64,000 bases of DNA from Thermomicrobiales bacterium (lineage in GTDB: Bacteria; Chloroflexota; Chloroflexia; Thermomicrobiales; UBA6265). The position numbers and the translations under genes are program-made. Under the pieces are notes generated by a model, which worked only from the letters and a program-made list of their open reading frames with translations, ran no database searches and was not told where the DNA came from. The stretch lies in the NCBI GenBank assembly GCA_035708745.1, contig DASTFJ010000277.1, positions 20,098 to 84,097 on the forward strand, read 5' to 3'. Positions 40,219 through 51,265 of the stretch are shown in pieces (within the stretch, counting starts at the first letter, position 1; each line of letters begins with the position of its first letter).

Positions 40219-42885
40219 CTACCCCGAGGGTCGTTCGCGTCGGAGCCATTCCTCCGCCGCCGGACCGAGATCCGCAACCTGGCCGTGCCGAACCGTGCAT
40301 TCTGGGAGTGCCCGAATGAAGGTGGAGCCATAGTTCTTGGTGAAGATGCGGCTATCGAGCACCGCCACGACGCCTCGATCAGCCGTGCTTCGGATCAGGC
40401 GCCCGAATCCTTGCCGGAACTTGAGCGCTGCCCGAGGCAACGAATATTGTTGAAATGGTTGGTCGAATTGCTCGCTGCGAGCGGCAAACAACGGATCGGT
40501 CGGAACGTCGAACGGTAGCCGCGTGACGACCAAACCGCTCAGCTCGTCGCCCGGCACATCCACGCCTTCCCAGAACGCAGCGACCCCCAGCACCACCGTA
40601 CTGGGACTGCGCTTCATGCGCTCGACGAGCTGATTCGCGGTTCCATCGATGTCCTGCGCGAGTACCGAAATGCCAATCGGTTCGAGCTGCTCACGAAGCC
40701 TGGGCGCCACACTCCGAATCGCTGCATGCGATGTGAAAAGTGCCAGCGTCCGCCCATCCAGGGCATTGGCCAGCCCAGCGATCGCATCGGCCACCGCGTC
40801 CAAATAGCTCGCATGGCGTGGGTCGGGCACATCGCGCGCGATATACAGCAACGTCGACGCTCGGTAATCGAACGGCGATGGCAGCACGACCTCGGTTGCA
40901 TCCTCGATTCCGAGCTGCTGTCTCAACAATCGAAACGACCCCTGACTTCGCAAGGTCGCGGAGGTGAGCACGGCGCTACTCGTACGAGCCAGCAATTCCC
41001 CGGCGACCAGATCGGCGACCGCGAGCGGCGCCCCGAAAACCGACGCCTCCGATGCATTTCGCCGCCCCGAAAACCAATAGACATACCCGGGATCCGGTTC
41101 CGACACCACCGCACGGAGCCGTCCCTGCATTTCCTCCAGGTCCCGGCGCCAAACCGAGAGATCGAGCAGCGCGGGCTCGATTTTCTCCAGCGCATCGCTT
41201 TGGCCGGCCGCATCGCCCAATTCGCCGATCAGCCAGCGGCTCGACTGAAGCACATCGGCGAAAACCGCATCGAGCGATTCCCAGGTTTCGTACAAGCTTT
41301 GCCAGTTTGGTTGGTCGCGCGTCGAATCGAGAATGCGCCGAGTGATCGCGTAGTTCGACGCATCGTCCTGATCCTCGACGAAGCGCGCCGCGGCATGGAA
41401 AAACTGGGTCGCCCAATGATTGCCCCGCTCGACCGCGCTGACCGCCCCGCGCAGGATCTCCAGCGCCTTGCGTGCATTCGCCGGCTTTGTTTGCAATGCG
41501 CCCGTCGCCGATAGCGCCTCCACCGCCTTGCCGCAATTGCCGACGATCGACGAGCCTTGCGCCACCGCATACTCCGCCAGCGCGCGCTCGATGCGCGGGC
41601 CGGAGACCGCAAAGCTGTACTGTGAGGTTGCAACCGACTCCAGGTGATGCGCTTCGTCGACGATCAGCTTGTCGAGACTGCCGAGAACCGTATTCTCCTC
41701 GCCCAAACTCGCGAAGAGAAGCGCATGATTCATGACGATGATGTGCGCCTTTTGCGCTTCCATCCGTGACCGGTTGAAAAAACAACGGTTGCCAAAACTC
41801 GATCGGCAAACCAATTGCAAGCAGTTATCGGTCGTCGCCGAAAGCGTCGAAAAGGCCCGTTCTTCCGCCGGTGTGAGTGTCAACTCAGCGCGATCGCCGG
41901 TGGTTGTCGTTTCCAGCCAGATCGAAATCTTGATCTTCAGCGCATTCATGGCGGGGTCGCTCTTGGCATCGCGGGATTCCTGAATCCACCGGCGCAAGCA
42001 GAGGTAGTTCGAGCGGCCCTTCAGCGCAACGCCCCGAACTGGCTCACCGCCGCACGCTTGGAGCGCGTCGGACGCAATCGGCACATCCTTCGAAACGAGC
42101 TGCTCCTGCAAGCCGCGAGTGAAGGTAGAAACCACGACCGGTACGCCGTGTTCCTGTGCCCAGATCGCCGAGGGGACCAAATAGGCAAGCGATTTCCCGA
42201 TGCCGGTGCCGGCTTCCGCGAGCAGCACGCCGTCGTGTTCCAGCGTGTCGGCAACCGCTGATGCCAGCGTGAGCTGGCCATCGCGCCGCTCGTAGCCAGG
42301 AATCGCGGTCTCGAGTCCGCCACCTCGTCCGAACACCGTCGCGATCTCCGGGCTGGTGGAGGATGCGTTTGCCACCGGTTTGGACCGTTTGGCGCGGCGC
42401 TCTCGCGTTCGTTCGTCCGGTGAGATCACCCGCTCTGGGTGCTCGCCCGCCACGTCGACACACTTGGCGAAAAGACGATGCAGCTCGGGCCGCGCATCGA
42501 GCGCCCAGGTTGCCAATTGCCGGTTGAAGTCGACACCTCGGGAGATCAGCCAATCGAGCTGTTCGGCCACGCGCAGGGCACGATGCTCGAACCGCTCAAA
42601 AGCAGCCGCCTTCGGCATCGCGACGCCAAAAAGTCCCTCGAAATAAAGCAGGTCGAGCGGCTCGAATGCGACGAACCCCGCGGGAACGAGCTGCCGCTCG
42701 ATACGGTCCGCATTCACTGCGATGCAGACCGGCCCCTGCAACGCGCGGCGCAGCTGGTCGAGGGCGCCTTCGTCAGCCTCGACTGAATCTAATGACTCGA
42801 ACCGGATGTCGCTCGCGGACGAAAAAAACCCGACACGCAAAGTCGAGCGATCGAGTGTAAGGAATGCGAAAGCGGGAGTCGTCAC
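40219..42885 (-). CDS. dinG: DinG/Rad3-family ATP-dependent DNA helicase with an uncharacterised N-terminal domain of about 230 aa
   Basis: AEAGTGIGKSLAYLVP (Walker A), VDEAHHLE (DEAH), four Cys in the FeS-insert region, and the C-terminal FWEGVD and FRQGFGRLIRS. Start is uncertain (GTG 42885 chosen; the track start 43044 overlaps the upstream gene). Confidence 0.85.
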   Translation of the reverse strand: MTTPAFAFLTLDRSTLRVGFFSSASDIRFESLDSVEADEGALDQLRRALQGPVCIAVNADRIERQLVPAGFVAFEPLDLLYFEGLFGVAMPKAAAFERFEHRALRVAEQLDWLISRGVDFNRQLATWALDARPELHRLFAKCVDVAGEHPERVISPDERTRERRAKRSKPVANASSTSPEIATVFGRGGGLETAIPGYERRDGQLTLASAVADTLEHDGVLLAEAGTGIGKSLAYLVPSAIWAQEHGVPVVVSTFTRGLQEQLVSKDVPIASDALQACGGEPVRGVALKGRSNYLCLRRWIQESRDAKSDPAMNALKIKISIWLETTTTGDRAELTLTPAEERAFSTLSATTDNCLQLVCRSSFGNRCFFNRSRMEAQKAHIIVMNHALLFASLGEENTVLGSLDKLIVDEAHHLESVATSQYSFAVSGPRIERALAEYAVAQGSSIVGNCGKAVEALSATGALQTKPANARKALEILRGAVSAVERGNHWATQFFHAAARFVEDQDDASNYAITRRILDSTRDQPNWQSLYETWESLDAVFADVLQSSRWLIGELGDAAGQSDALEKIEPALLDLSVWRRDLEEMQGRLRAVVSEPDPGYVYWFSGRRNASEASVFGAPLAVADLVAGELLARTSSAVLTSATLRSQGSFRLLRQQLGIEDATEVVLPSPFDYRASTLLYIARDVPDPRHASYLDAVADAIAGLANALDGRTLALFTSHAAIRSVAPRLREQLEPIGISVLAQDIDGTANQLVERMKRSPSTVVLGVAAFWEGVDVPGDELSGLVVTRLPFDVPTDPLFAARSEQFDQPFQQYSLPRAALKFRQGFGRLIRSTADRGVVAVLDSRIFTKNYGSTFIRALPECTVRHGQVADLGPAAEEWLRRERPSG

Positions 42886-42902
42886 GGAGATGGGGCGTCT
42901 AT

Positions 42903-44081
42903 CTAGCTGAGCCGGCCGAAGCGCAACTCCTCGGCGACGGAAACGGTCAACCCGAGCAGTTGGTAGATACCTTGCGCGACCGGTCCTCGTTCGATGAACT
43001 CGTCTTCCTTGTGGACATTTCCGCCGTGAGTCAGTCCGATACAAACGGCTGGAATATCGCGGCTAATTGGGATATTCGCATCGGTGCTCGATGCGTCACC
43101 GGTCGGTGTGATCCCCATCGCTTCCAGAATTGCACTGGCGATGCGCGTAATGCGCGCATTTTGAGGCACCTGCCCAGCCGGTCGAACCCCCAGGAGCTCA
43201 GCTCGAACGGAGATTTCCTTGCGTTTTCGCTTCAGCACTCCTTCGACCGCCGCATTCAGTTTCGAGAGCTCGTTCGCGTCGACCGAGCGCAGATCCATCA
43301 GAAACGTACAACTCGGTGCGATGGTATTGACCGAAATGCCTCCCTCGATCGTGCCGACGCTCAGGGTCGTCTTGGGACTGCTCGGCAGCTCGATATCGTC
43401 CAGGTCCGAAATGATCGCGGCGGCGGCATGGATGGCATTCCGCTTGCCGAAATCGCCCCAGCTATGGCCGCCCGGCCCATCGACGGTGATCCGATAACGC
43501 ATGCTCCCGACCGCGATGTGCGTCACTCGCCCGAGATTGTGGCCCTCGATCGCAATAACCGCGCCCACCTCGGGGTGCTGATCCATAACGGCACGCATGC
43601 CGCGCAGATTGCCAAGTCCTTCCTCGCCAACATTACCTGTGATCAGCAGATCCACATCTGGCCGCAGGCCGGCGGTTTCCAGCATCGCGGGGATCATCAA
43701 AGCCCCGGCAACGCCCAGCCCGTTGTCGCCGATACCGGGTCCGTATGACCGCTTCGTATCATGCCGGACGTCGAGCCGGGTGCTCAAGGGGAAAACGGTG
43801 TCGATATGCGCCGCGATCAGCAGGCGTGGCTTTTCCGCGAGTCCTTGGAGGAGTCCGACCGCATTGCCCAGATCGTCGGTTTCGATGCGATCGAAGCCGA
43901 GCGTCGACATCCGGTCGCGCACGAAGGCGGTCCGCAGACGCTCGTTCCCGGTCGGCGCCGGAATAGCGGTGATTTCCCCCGCTAATGCAAGCACTCGCGG
44001 AGCGAATTCCTCCGCAATCCGATAGAGCGCTGCTCCGATGTCCCCGTGCACCACGGGAGTAAGCTGGGCGCTCCGCGGCAT
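42903..44081 (-). CDS. M20-family metallopeptidase (ArgE/DapE/PepT-like)
   Basis: AAHIDTVFP, GIGDNGLGVAG, GNVGEEGLGNLRG and a dimerisation-domain insert. I chose ATG 44081. Confidence 0.82.
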   Translation of the reverse strand: MPRSAQLTPVVHGDIGAALYRIAEEFAPRVLALAGEITAIPAPTGNERLRTAFVRDRMSTLGFDRIETDDLGNAVGLLQGLAEKPRLLIAAHIDTVFPLSTRLDVRHDTKRSYGPGIGDNGLGVAGALMIPAMLETAGLRPDVDLLITGNVGEEGLGNLRGMRAVMDQHPEVGAVIAIEGHNLGRVTHIAVGSMRYRITVDGPGGHSWGDFGKRNAIHAAAAIISDLDDIELPSSPKTTLSVGTIEGGISVNTIAPSCTFLMDLRSVDANELSKLNAAVEGVLKRKRKEISVRAELLGVRPAGQVPQNARITRIASAILEAMGITPTGDASSTDANIPISRDIPAVCIGLTHGGNVHKEDEFIERGPVAQGIYQLLGLTVSVAEELRFGRLS

Positions 44082-44283
44082 GCTGCTTCTTTCTCTCGGC
44101 TCCGATTCGTCACGACCAACACAGGCTGTGGGCACGGCAAGTATATCCGACGGGTTATGACCACCCGAAACTGGCAACGCTTGACACTATTCCGCGAGAT
44201 ACTTAGCGTAGCGCAGACACGATCGAGTTCCATGCGCATCGCACGCTTCGCCGGCTACGAGCGCCGGCATCGAGGGAGGCAAA

Positions 44284-46014
<1,731 letters not shown>

Positions 46015-46050
46015 GCGTCGCTTCGTCCGACCCAAGGGAAAGGTGAAACC

Positions 46051-46749
46051 GTGCAGGTCACGCTCAGAATCAAGCGCTACAACCCCGAGATAGATGACAA
46101 ACCAATCTTTCGGGAGTACACCATCGAGGCCGAAAAGACCGATCGCGTACTCGATGCGCTGAACAAGATCAAATGGCATGAGGACGGCACCTTGACCTAC
46201 CGGCGTTCCTGTGCGCACGGTATCTGCGGTTCGGACGCCATGCGCATCAACGGCCGAAACCGGCTCGCTTGCAAAGTGCTGATGAATGAAGTCGGGGATC
46301 GCGTCACCATCGAGCCGCTGATCGGGTTTTCGGTGATCAAGGATCTGGTCGTCGACATGGACAAGTTCTTCGCGGGCTACAAGTCCATCAAACCCTACCT
46401 GATCACTCACGACGAGGACCCAAGTGAGGAACGCCGGCAATCTCCCGAGGAGCGCGCACGCTTCGACGACACGACCAAGTGCATCCTGTGCGCATCCTGC
46501 ACAAGCTCTTGCCCGATTACCTGGACCAATGAGGAATGGGTCGGCCCGGCTGCTGTCGTCAATGCGCATCGCTTCATCTACGACAGTCGCGATCAAGGCG
46601 GCCGGGAGCGCTTGCGCATCCTGAACCAGCGTTCCGGAGTCTGGCGCTGCCGCACCATCTTCAATTGCACCGATGCGTGCCCGCGCGACATCAAAGTCAC
46701 GGAAGCGATCGAGGAAGTCAAACGGTCGCTGCTGACCGAGACGTATTGA
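46051..46749 (+). CDS. sdhB: Succinate dehydrogenase / fumarate reductase iron-sulfur subunit
   Basis: RSCAHGICGSDAMRINGRNRLAC (2Fe-2S), CILCASCTSSCP and CRTIFNCTDACP (4Fe-4S / 3Fe-4S). Confidence 0.95.
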   Translation: MQVTLRIKRYNPEIDDKPIFREYTIEAEKTDRVLDALNKIKWHEDGTLTYRRSCAHGICGSDAMRINGRNRLACKVLMNEVGDRVTIEPLIGFSVIKDLVVDMDKFFAGYKSIKPYLITHDEDPSEERRQSPEERARFDDTTKCILCASCTSSCPITWTNEEWVGPAAVVNAHRFIYDSRDQGGRERLRILNQRSGVWRCRTIFNCTDACPRDIKVTEAIEEVKRSLLTETY

Positions 46750-46750
46750 T

Positions 46751-47260
46751 ATGGACAATCCGTTCAATTGGGACTATCTCAGGACAGCGCCTGGGCCGAA
46801 CGAAGTCTTCGGACCATTTTCGATTGCCTATCTGATTCTGTTCGTCGTTGGCCTCGTTGCGTCGATCGTCGTCTACAACGGCTGGGCAAAGCAGCGGTTC
46901 AAGGACCCTATAATCCACCGCCTCGCGCGCAAATGGGCCGGTATCGCGATCGTCATTTTCGGACTTGGGCTCTTCTTCTTTCTGATCCGCTGGCTCCAGA
47001 TCAATCCCTTCGGATTCGGCCGGCGCTATTGGCTCTGGCTGACGCTGCTGGCGTTGGTCGTGCTTATCTTGTACGCCGTCTGGGACTACCGGACACATTA
47101 CCCCGCGCTGAAGGCCCAATACGACGAGCAACAACGACGCCGTTCGTTTTCGCGAGCAAGCGGCCAGGGCGGCGCCAGTGGGGTGGATCGAGCCAAACCC
47201 TATGCAGGGGCTTCGGCGGGGCCGCGCCCACGACCAGTCAAGAAACGCCGCCGCGCGTGA
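46751..47260 (+). CDS. 3-TM membrane protein translationally coupled to sdhB; candidate non-canonical SDH membrane subunit
   Basis: The ATG lies 1 nt after the sdhB stop. Three hydrophobic helices and a basic C-terminal tail (RPRPVKKRRRA). No similarity to SdhC/D that I can recognise. Confidence 0.6.
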   Translation: MDNPFNWDYLRTAPGPNEVFGPFSIAYLILFVVGLVASIVVYNGWAKQRFKDPIIHRLARKWAGIAIVIFGLGLFFFLIRWLQINPFGFGRRYWLWLTLLALVVLILYAVWDYRTHYPALKAQYDEQQRRRSFSRASGQGGASGVDRAKPYAGASAGPRPRPVKKRRRA

Positions 47261-47294
47261 GCACGATCCAACGTCAATAAGTGACCAGCAACAA

Positions 47295-47328
47295 GAAAAC
47301 GGTCCGCGAGATTTCGCGAACCGTTTTC
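47295..47328. terminator. Bidirectional terminator hairpin shared by the sdh operon and SRP RNA
   Basis: 15-bp stem GAAAACGGTCCGCGA / TCGCGAACCGTTTTC. The single C.A mismatch on the plus strand becomes G.U on the minus strand. Loop is GATT. On the minus strand it is followed by TTGTTG. Confidence 0.8.
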
Positions 47329-47337
47329 ACATACTCG

Positions 47338-47620
47338 GGAGGGACTGGCCGTGCACCCTCTGTCGATCGGCGATCCTCCGGCTTTCCGGCGCTCGTTTGC
47401 TCCGGCGGGGCATCCCCGCGTCACCCGAGGCGTTCCGCTTAAGGCTGCTACCTTCCGGTCCTGACCTGGTTCACAGTGCCTCGCCGCGCGGGACCCGGCC
47501 TTCAACACCACGTGGCGTCAGCAGTCCCACAGAATCGGACCTCGAGAGGGAATTCGACCCCGCTGGAGCGGGTTGCGGGTACAGGGCACCGCTAACTCCC
47601 CATCTAGCACGGCCGCCCAA
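47338..47620 (-). ncRNA. ffs: Signal recognition particle RNA, long (Bacillus-type, Alu-domain-containing) form
   Basis: The minus strand contains GGCCGTGCTAGATGGGGAGTTAGCGGTGCCCTGTACCCGCAACCCGCTCCAGCGGGGTCGAATTCCCTCTCGAGGT (Alu domain), GTGAACCAGGTCAGGACCGGAAGGTAGCAGCC (domain IV, compare the E. coli ACCAGGUCAGGUCCGGAAGGAAGCAGCC) and a 3' GATCGACAGAGGGTGCACGGCC pairing with the 5' end. Ends are accurate to about 5 nt. Confidence 0.9.
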
Positions 47621-47651
47621 AGTCTAGCATCCCCGAGCGTTTGACTGCGGG

Positions 47652-48014
47652 CTATTCCGGAGGCAAAGGGTGATCCGCTGGCCACTCGATCGGCCGCGGT
47701 CCTGGATCTTCCATCTCGGGAAAATCATGCAATCGACGGATCACCCGCACATCGAGATCGTCATTGACCTGCACCTGGCACGAAAGACGCATATCCGGTG
47801 TGCGATCCTCGACCCGAGCAAGCCGGGCGGTCTCCGCTTCGGTCATCGGTCCGGGATCGCCCGAAAGAATTTCCACTCGGCACGTCGTACAGCGCGCGTT
47901 TCCACCGCACCGATGCAGAATGTCGATACCGGCATCCTCGATCGCCAGCACCAATCGGCGACCTTGGTCGACCTCGATCGGATTCGGTTCCCCCTCGACG
48001 ACAACAACCGGCAT
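47652..48014 (-). CDS. fdx: 2Fe-2S ferredoxin
   Basis: 120 aa with HRCGGNARCTTCRV...LSCQV (C-x5-C-x2-C...C ligand pattern). Confidence 0.85.
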   Translation of the reverse strand: MPVVVVEGEPNPIEVDQGRRLVLAIEDAGIDILHRCGGNARCTTCRVEILSGDPGPMTEAETARLARVEDRTPDMRLSCQVQVNDDLDVRVIRRLHDFPEMEDPGPRPIEWPADHPLPPE

Positions 48015-48133
48015 AAGTACCCCTCCTGACTGCTCTTCGCGCCTGGTCCAAACCCTGGAAGCCTACCAGAGCAACTTGTCGAGGACTCGTATACTTGCGG
48101 CAGTACCGGACGCGGATTTTGGGGAGTACCACC

Positions 48134-48409
48134 ATGGTTATGAAATACGTCAACTGGGCGCTCCGCCGTCAGGCCGAGGAATCGGACATTCCGCGTTGTC
48201 CCACTCATAAGGTCGAAATGCGTTTGCGCGGCGTCATCGGCCAACCAACGCGCTTTCGCTGGCAGACCGAAGAGGATTACACCTATATCTATTTCTGCCC
48301 GGTCGACAAATGCAACGAGACCGTCGAGCTTGTGCGCCGCAAATCCCAGGTCCCTGGTGGCACCGACATCCCCGAGCGGCCCGTCTTCGCCCGCCCGCAG
48401 GACCAGTAG
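48134..48409 (+). CDS. Small hypothetical protein with a putative zinc-ribbon (CPxH ... CPxxKC)
   Basis: 91 aa from ATG 48134, with GGGGAG RBS 7 nt upstream. Contains RCPTHKVEM and FCPVDKCNE. No family recognised. Confidence 0.45.
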   Translation: MVMKYVNWALRRQAEESDIPRCPTHKVEMRLRGVIGQPTRFRWQTEEDYTYIYFCPVDKCNETVELVRRKSQVPGGTDIPERPVFARPQDQ

Positions 48410-48614
48410 CAGCAATCCGACTCCGTGATCGAAGTGCCCTCGGGGGGCTTCTGGCATCCCTTGGTACTACGAATTGGTCGAGAAATTCACATTCCGGCAA
48501 CGCATCCTCAGCCATACATCTCGTTCGCCACTCTGCCCGGATATAGACCTGGATTTCACCGGTAGATTCGCCGCGGGTGCTCGGGCATGGGACTCAACGC
48601 CTGCTGTCAGGACC

Positions 48615-49133
48615 CTATCGCCGATTCTCACCTTGATAAATCCCTTGGTACCCGGCTTCATCCGCGTTCAGAAGTTCGATGAACACCAGCTGCGCGACCC
48701 GCGCTCCCACCTGCACTCGAAAGCCGGCTGGGTTGTACACGACCATCAATGAGGTTGACCTTCCCGAATAGCCAGCGTCCCACACCGCGGTGTGGATCGA
48801 AACTCCGCTCCGGCCAAGACTGGAGCGCGGCCGCCCGAGTGCCATCAAATTCTTCGGAAGACTGACCGTCTCCGCATAGGTGATGTGATAGGCACCCGGC
48901 GCAAGCTCGAACCAACCCTCCCCATCGGGCTCGACCGGCGCCAATTCCGGTAGCCGTCGCTGGGCATTGTCGATGCCGATGACGCCCGCTCCCACGAAGG
49001 CGCTCACCGAATCGAGCCGCAGATCGAAGCCATTTGCCTGAATCTGCTGGTCGAGTTCGCCAAAATCGCGAAACAGTGGGCGATCGCTCGCGATCAGCGC
49101 GCGAATTTCGGATGAGCTGAGAACGGCTCCCAC
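48615..49133 (-). CDS. dCTP deaminase / dUTPase-superfamily protein (archaeal-type dUTPase-like)
   Basis: 172 aa with ANGFDLRL, GRPRSSLGRSGV, DAGYSGR and C-terminal GYQGIYQGEN, typical of the DCD/DUT family. Confidence 0.75.
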   Translation of the reverse strand: MGAVLSSSEIRALIASDRPLFRDFGELDQQIQANGFDLRLDSVSAFVGAGVIGIDNAQRRLPELAPVEPDGEGWFELAPGAYHITYAETVSLPKNLMALGRPRSSLGRSGVSIHTAVWDAGYSGRSTSLMVVYNPAGFRVQVGARVAQLVFIELLNADEAGYQGIYQGENRR

Positions 49134-49254
49134 GTGCGTTGTCCCTCTCTTGTCGATTGTCGGTTGTCCCGTGCGATGATACTGTAGTAGTGCATAGTCA
49201 ACATTTGGCTACTCGGCCGTTGGCTCTGAGACTCGCAGGGGAGTAACGACGCAG

Positions 49255-50295
49255 ATGCAGCTTTTTCAAATCGAATCAAAACCGGCCGTCAAGGCGCCCG
49301 TTTCGAGCGCGTCATCGGCCTTCGATGCATACGGCCGGCAAATGACTTATCTGCGCATCTCATTGACCGACCGCTGTAATTTTCGCTGCGTCTACTGCAT
49401 GCCCGCCGCCGGCATGGTCTTTCAGCCCCGCGAAGAACTGCTGACCGACGATGAGTTGATCCGGCTGGTCAGGCTTTTTGCGAAAACGGGCTTCACCAAG
49501 CTTCGCCTTACTGGCGGTGAGCCAACGATTCGACCGCACGTCGAGGATTTGATCCGCCAGATGAAGGCTTTCCCTGGCGTCGAAGAGATCTCGATGACCA
49601 CCAACGGGTTGCTCCTTCCCCGCATGGCCGCCGAACTGAAGGATGCCGGACTCGACCGCATCAACGTGAGCATCGACACGCTCGACCCAGTCCGTTTCAA
49701 GTTCATGACGCGGGGCGGGAGGCTCGATCTCGTCCTGGCCGGCATCGAGGAAGCCGAACGCGTAGGCATCGGCCCGATCAAGCTCAACACTGTGGTCGTG
49801 CGCGGCCAGAACGAGCACCAGGTCGTCGACATGGCAGCGCTCAGCATCGACAAACCCTGGGAAGTGCGGTTCCTCGAAATCATGCCAATGGAGGGAGTCG
49901 GCGCGGTTTACGACGAAAGTCTGGTCACGACCGCGGAAACGATGGCGCGGCTCGAGCACCATTACGGCGAGCTGCGGCCAATCGACTCGAATCCCTCAGA
50001 TCCTGCTCGCCTTTGGCAGCTTCCCGGCGCCAAAGGCACCATTGGCTTCATCTCTCCTGTCTCCCAGCCCTTCTGCCAGTTCTGCAATCGTGTACGGTTG
50101 ACCGCGGACGGAAAGCTGCGGCTCTGTCTGCTGCGGAACGACGAGATCGATTTCCGGGAGGCAATGCGTTCCGGCGCAGCCGACGAGGACCTGCTCCTCG
50201 CGCTCCGGGCGGGCATTTGGCGCAAGCCCTGGGGGCACGGATTGGCAGAGGGAGATTTTGACATTGGGCGAGGGATGTCTCAAATCGGCGGATAG
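49255..50295 (+). CDS. moaA: GTP 3',8-cyclase MoaA (radical SAM)
   Basis: LRISLTDRCNFRCVYCMP (CxxxCxxC), LTGGEPT, and the C-terminal CQFCNRVRLTADGKLRLCL second cluster. Confidence 0.94.
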   Translation: MQLFQIESKPAVKAPVSSASSAFDAYGRQMTYLRISLTDRCNFRCVYCMPAAGMVFQPREELLTDDELIRLVRLFAKTGFTKLRLTGGEPTIRPHVEDLIRQMKAFPGVEEISMTTNGLLLPRMAAELKDAGLDRINVSIDTLDPVRFKFMTRGGRLDLVLAGIEEAERVGIGPIKLNTVVVRGQNEHQVVDMAALSIDKPWEVRFLEIMPMEGVGAVYDESLVTTAETMARLEHHYGELRPIDSNPSDPARLWQLPGAKGTIGFISPVSQPFCQFCNRVRLTADGKLRLCLLRNDEIDFREAMRSGAADEDLLLALRAGIWRKPWGHGLAEGDFDIGRGMSQIGG

Positions 50296-50308
50296 CTCGA
50301 CGCGGCCC

Positions 50309-51265
50309 GTGCGCCGGCTGCTCATTCGATTCGATCTGCCACCCGGTGTTTTCGAGTCACTGCAAAACGAATTCCCCGAAATTCTGATCGAGCAGGCGCC
50401 TGACGCCTTTCGTACCCCCATGCCGTTGGGCGACGCCGAGGCGGTCGTAACCTGGGCATTGACTCCTGAGGAGATTGACGCCGCCCCAAACCTGCGCTGG
50501 GTGCAATGGATTGGGGCCGGGGTAGACCACGCACCGCTGGATGCCCTGAAAGCCCGGCAGATCCAGCTAACCAACAACCGCGGAGTCCACGCCAACAACA
50601 TCGCCGAACATATCATCGGCATGATGATCGCGATCGCTCGCCGATTTCCGCGTCTGGTACATGCTCAGGACGAGCATCACTGGTCGCTCGATGACGACAA
50701 CTTTGCCGTCCGCGAGCTCGCCGGTTCGACGCTACTCATCCTCGGTGCGGGAAATATCGGCGCCGCACTTGCCCGCAAAGCCGTTGGCCTGGACCTGAGC
50801 GTCGAAGTGCTCGGCCGTAATCCGCGGGCCGCATTCGTCGAGGGTACGACCTACCGAACGATCCACGACCTCGACACGGTTCTTCCATCTGCGGATCACG
50901 TCGCGATCTGCATTCCGCTCACATCGGAAACCAATCGCCTCTTCGACGCTGACCGATTTGCCCGCATGAAACCAGGTTCGGTCGTCTATAACGTCGGCCG
51001 CGGTCCGATCGTCGACACAAGCGCACTCATTGCGGCACTCGAAAGCGGTCATCTCGCTGGCGCAGGGATCGATGTATCCGATCCGGAGCCACTTCCGCCC
51101 GATCATCCGCTCTGGAATGCGCCCAATGTCTTCATTACCGGACATACCTCCGGCCGCACTCCGTATTACTGGGATCGCGGCGGGCGCATTCTGCGCGCGA
51201 ATATCCACCACTATCTGGCAGGGGAACCACTGGAAAATCTGGTCGATTTCGATCTGGGCTACTGA
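50309..51265 (+). CDS. D-isomer-specific 2-hydroxyacid dehydrogenase family protein
   Basis: LILGAGNIGAALARK (NAD motif), NVGRGPIVD, AGIDVSDPEPLP and ITGHTSG. Start is uncertain (GTG 50309 chosen; the track start 50258 overlaps moaA). Confidence 0.82.
   Translation: MRRLLIRFDLPPGVFESLQNEFPEILIEQAPDAFRTPMPLGDAEAVVTWALTPEEIDAAPNLRWVQWIGAGVDHAPLDALKARQIQLTNNRGVHANNIAEHIIGMMIAIARRFPRLVHAQDEHHWSLDDDNFAVRELAGSTLLILGAGNIGAALARKAVGLDLSVEVLGRNPRAAFVEGTTYRTIHDLDTVLPSADHVAICIPLTSETNRLFDADRFARMKPGSVVYNVGRGPIVDTSALIAALESGHLAGAGIDVSDPEPLPPDHPLWNAPNVFITGHTSGRTPYYWDRGGRILRANIHHYLAGEPLENLVDFDLGY

Noticed and set aside
49134-49254. Possible Moco riboswitch upstream of moaA
   Set aside because: The leader is only about 60-70 nt after a plausible promoter. 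I could not recognise the conserved Moco-motif helices. There is not enough evidence.
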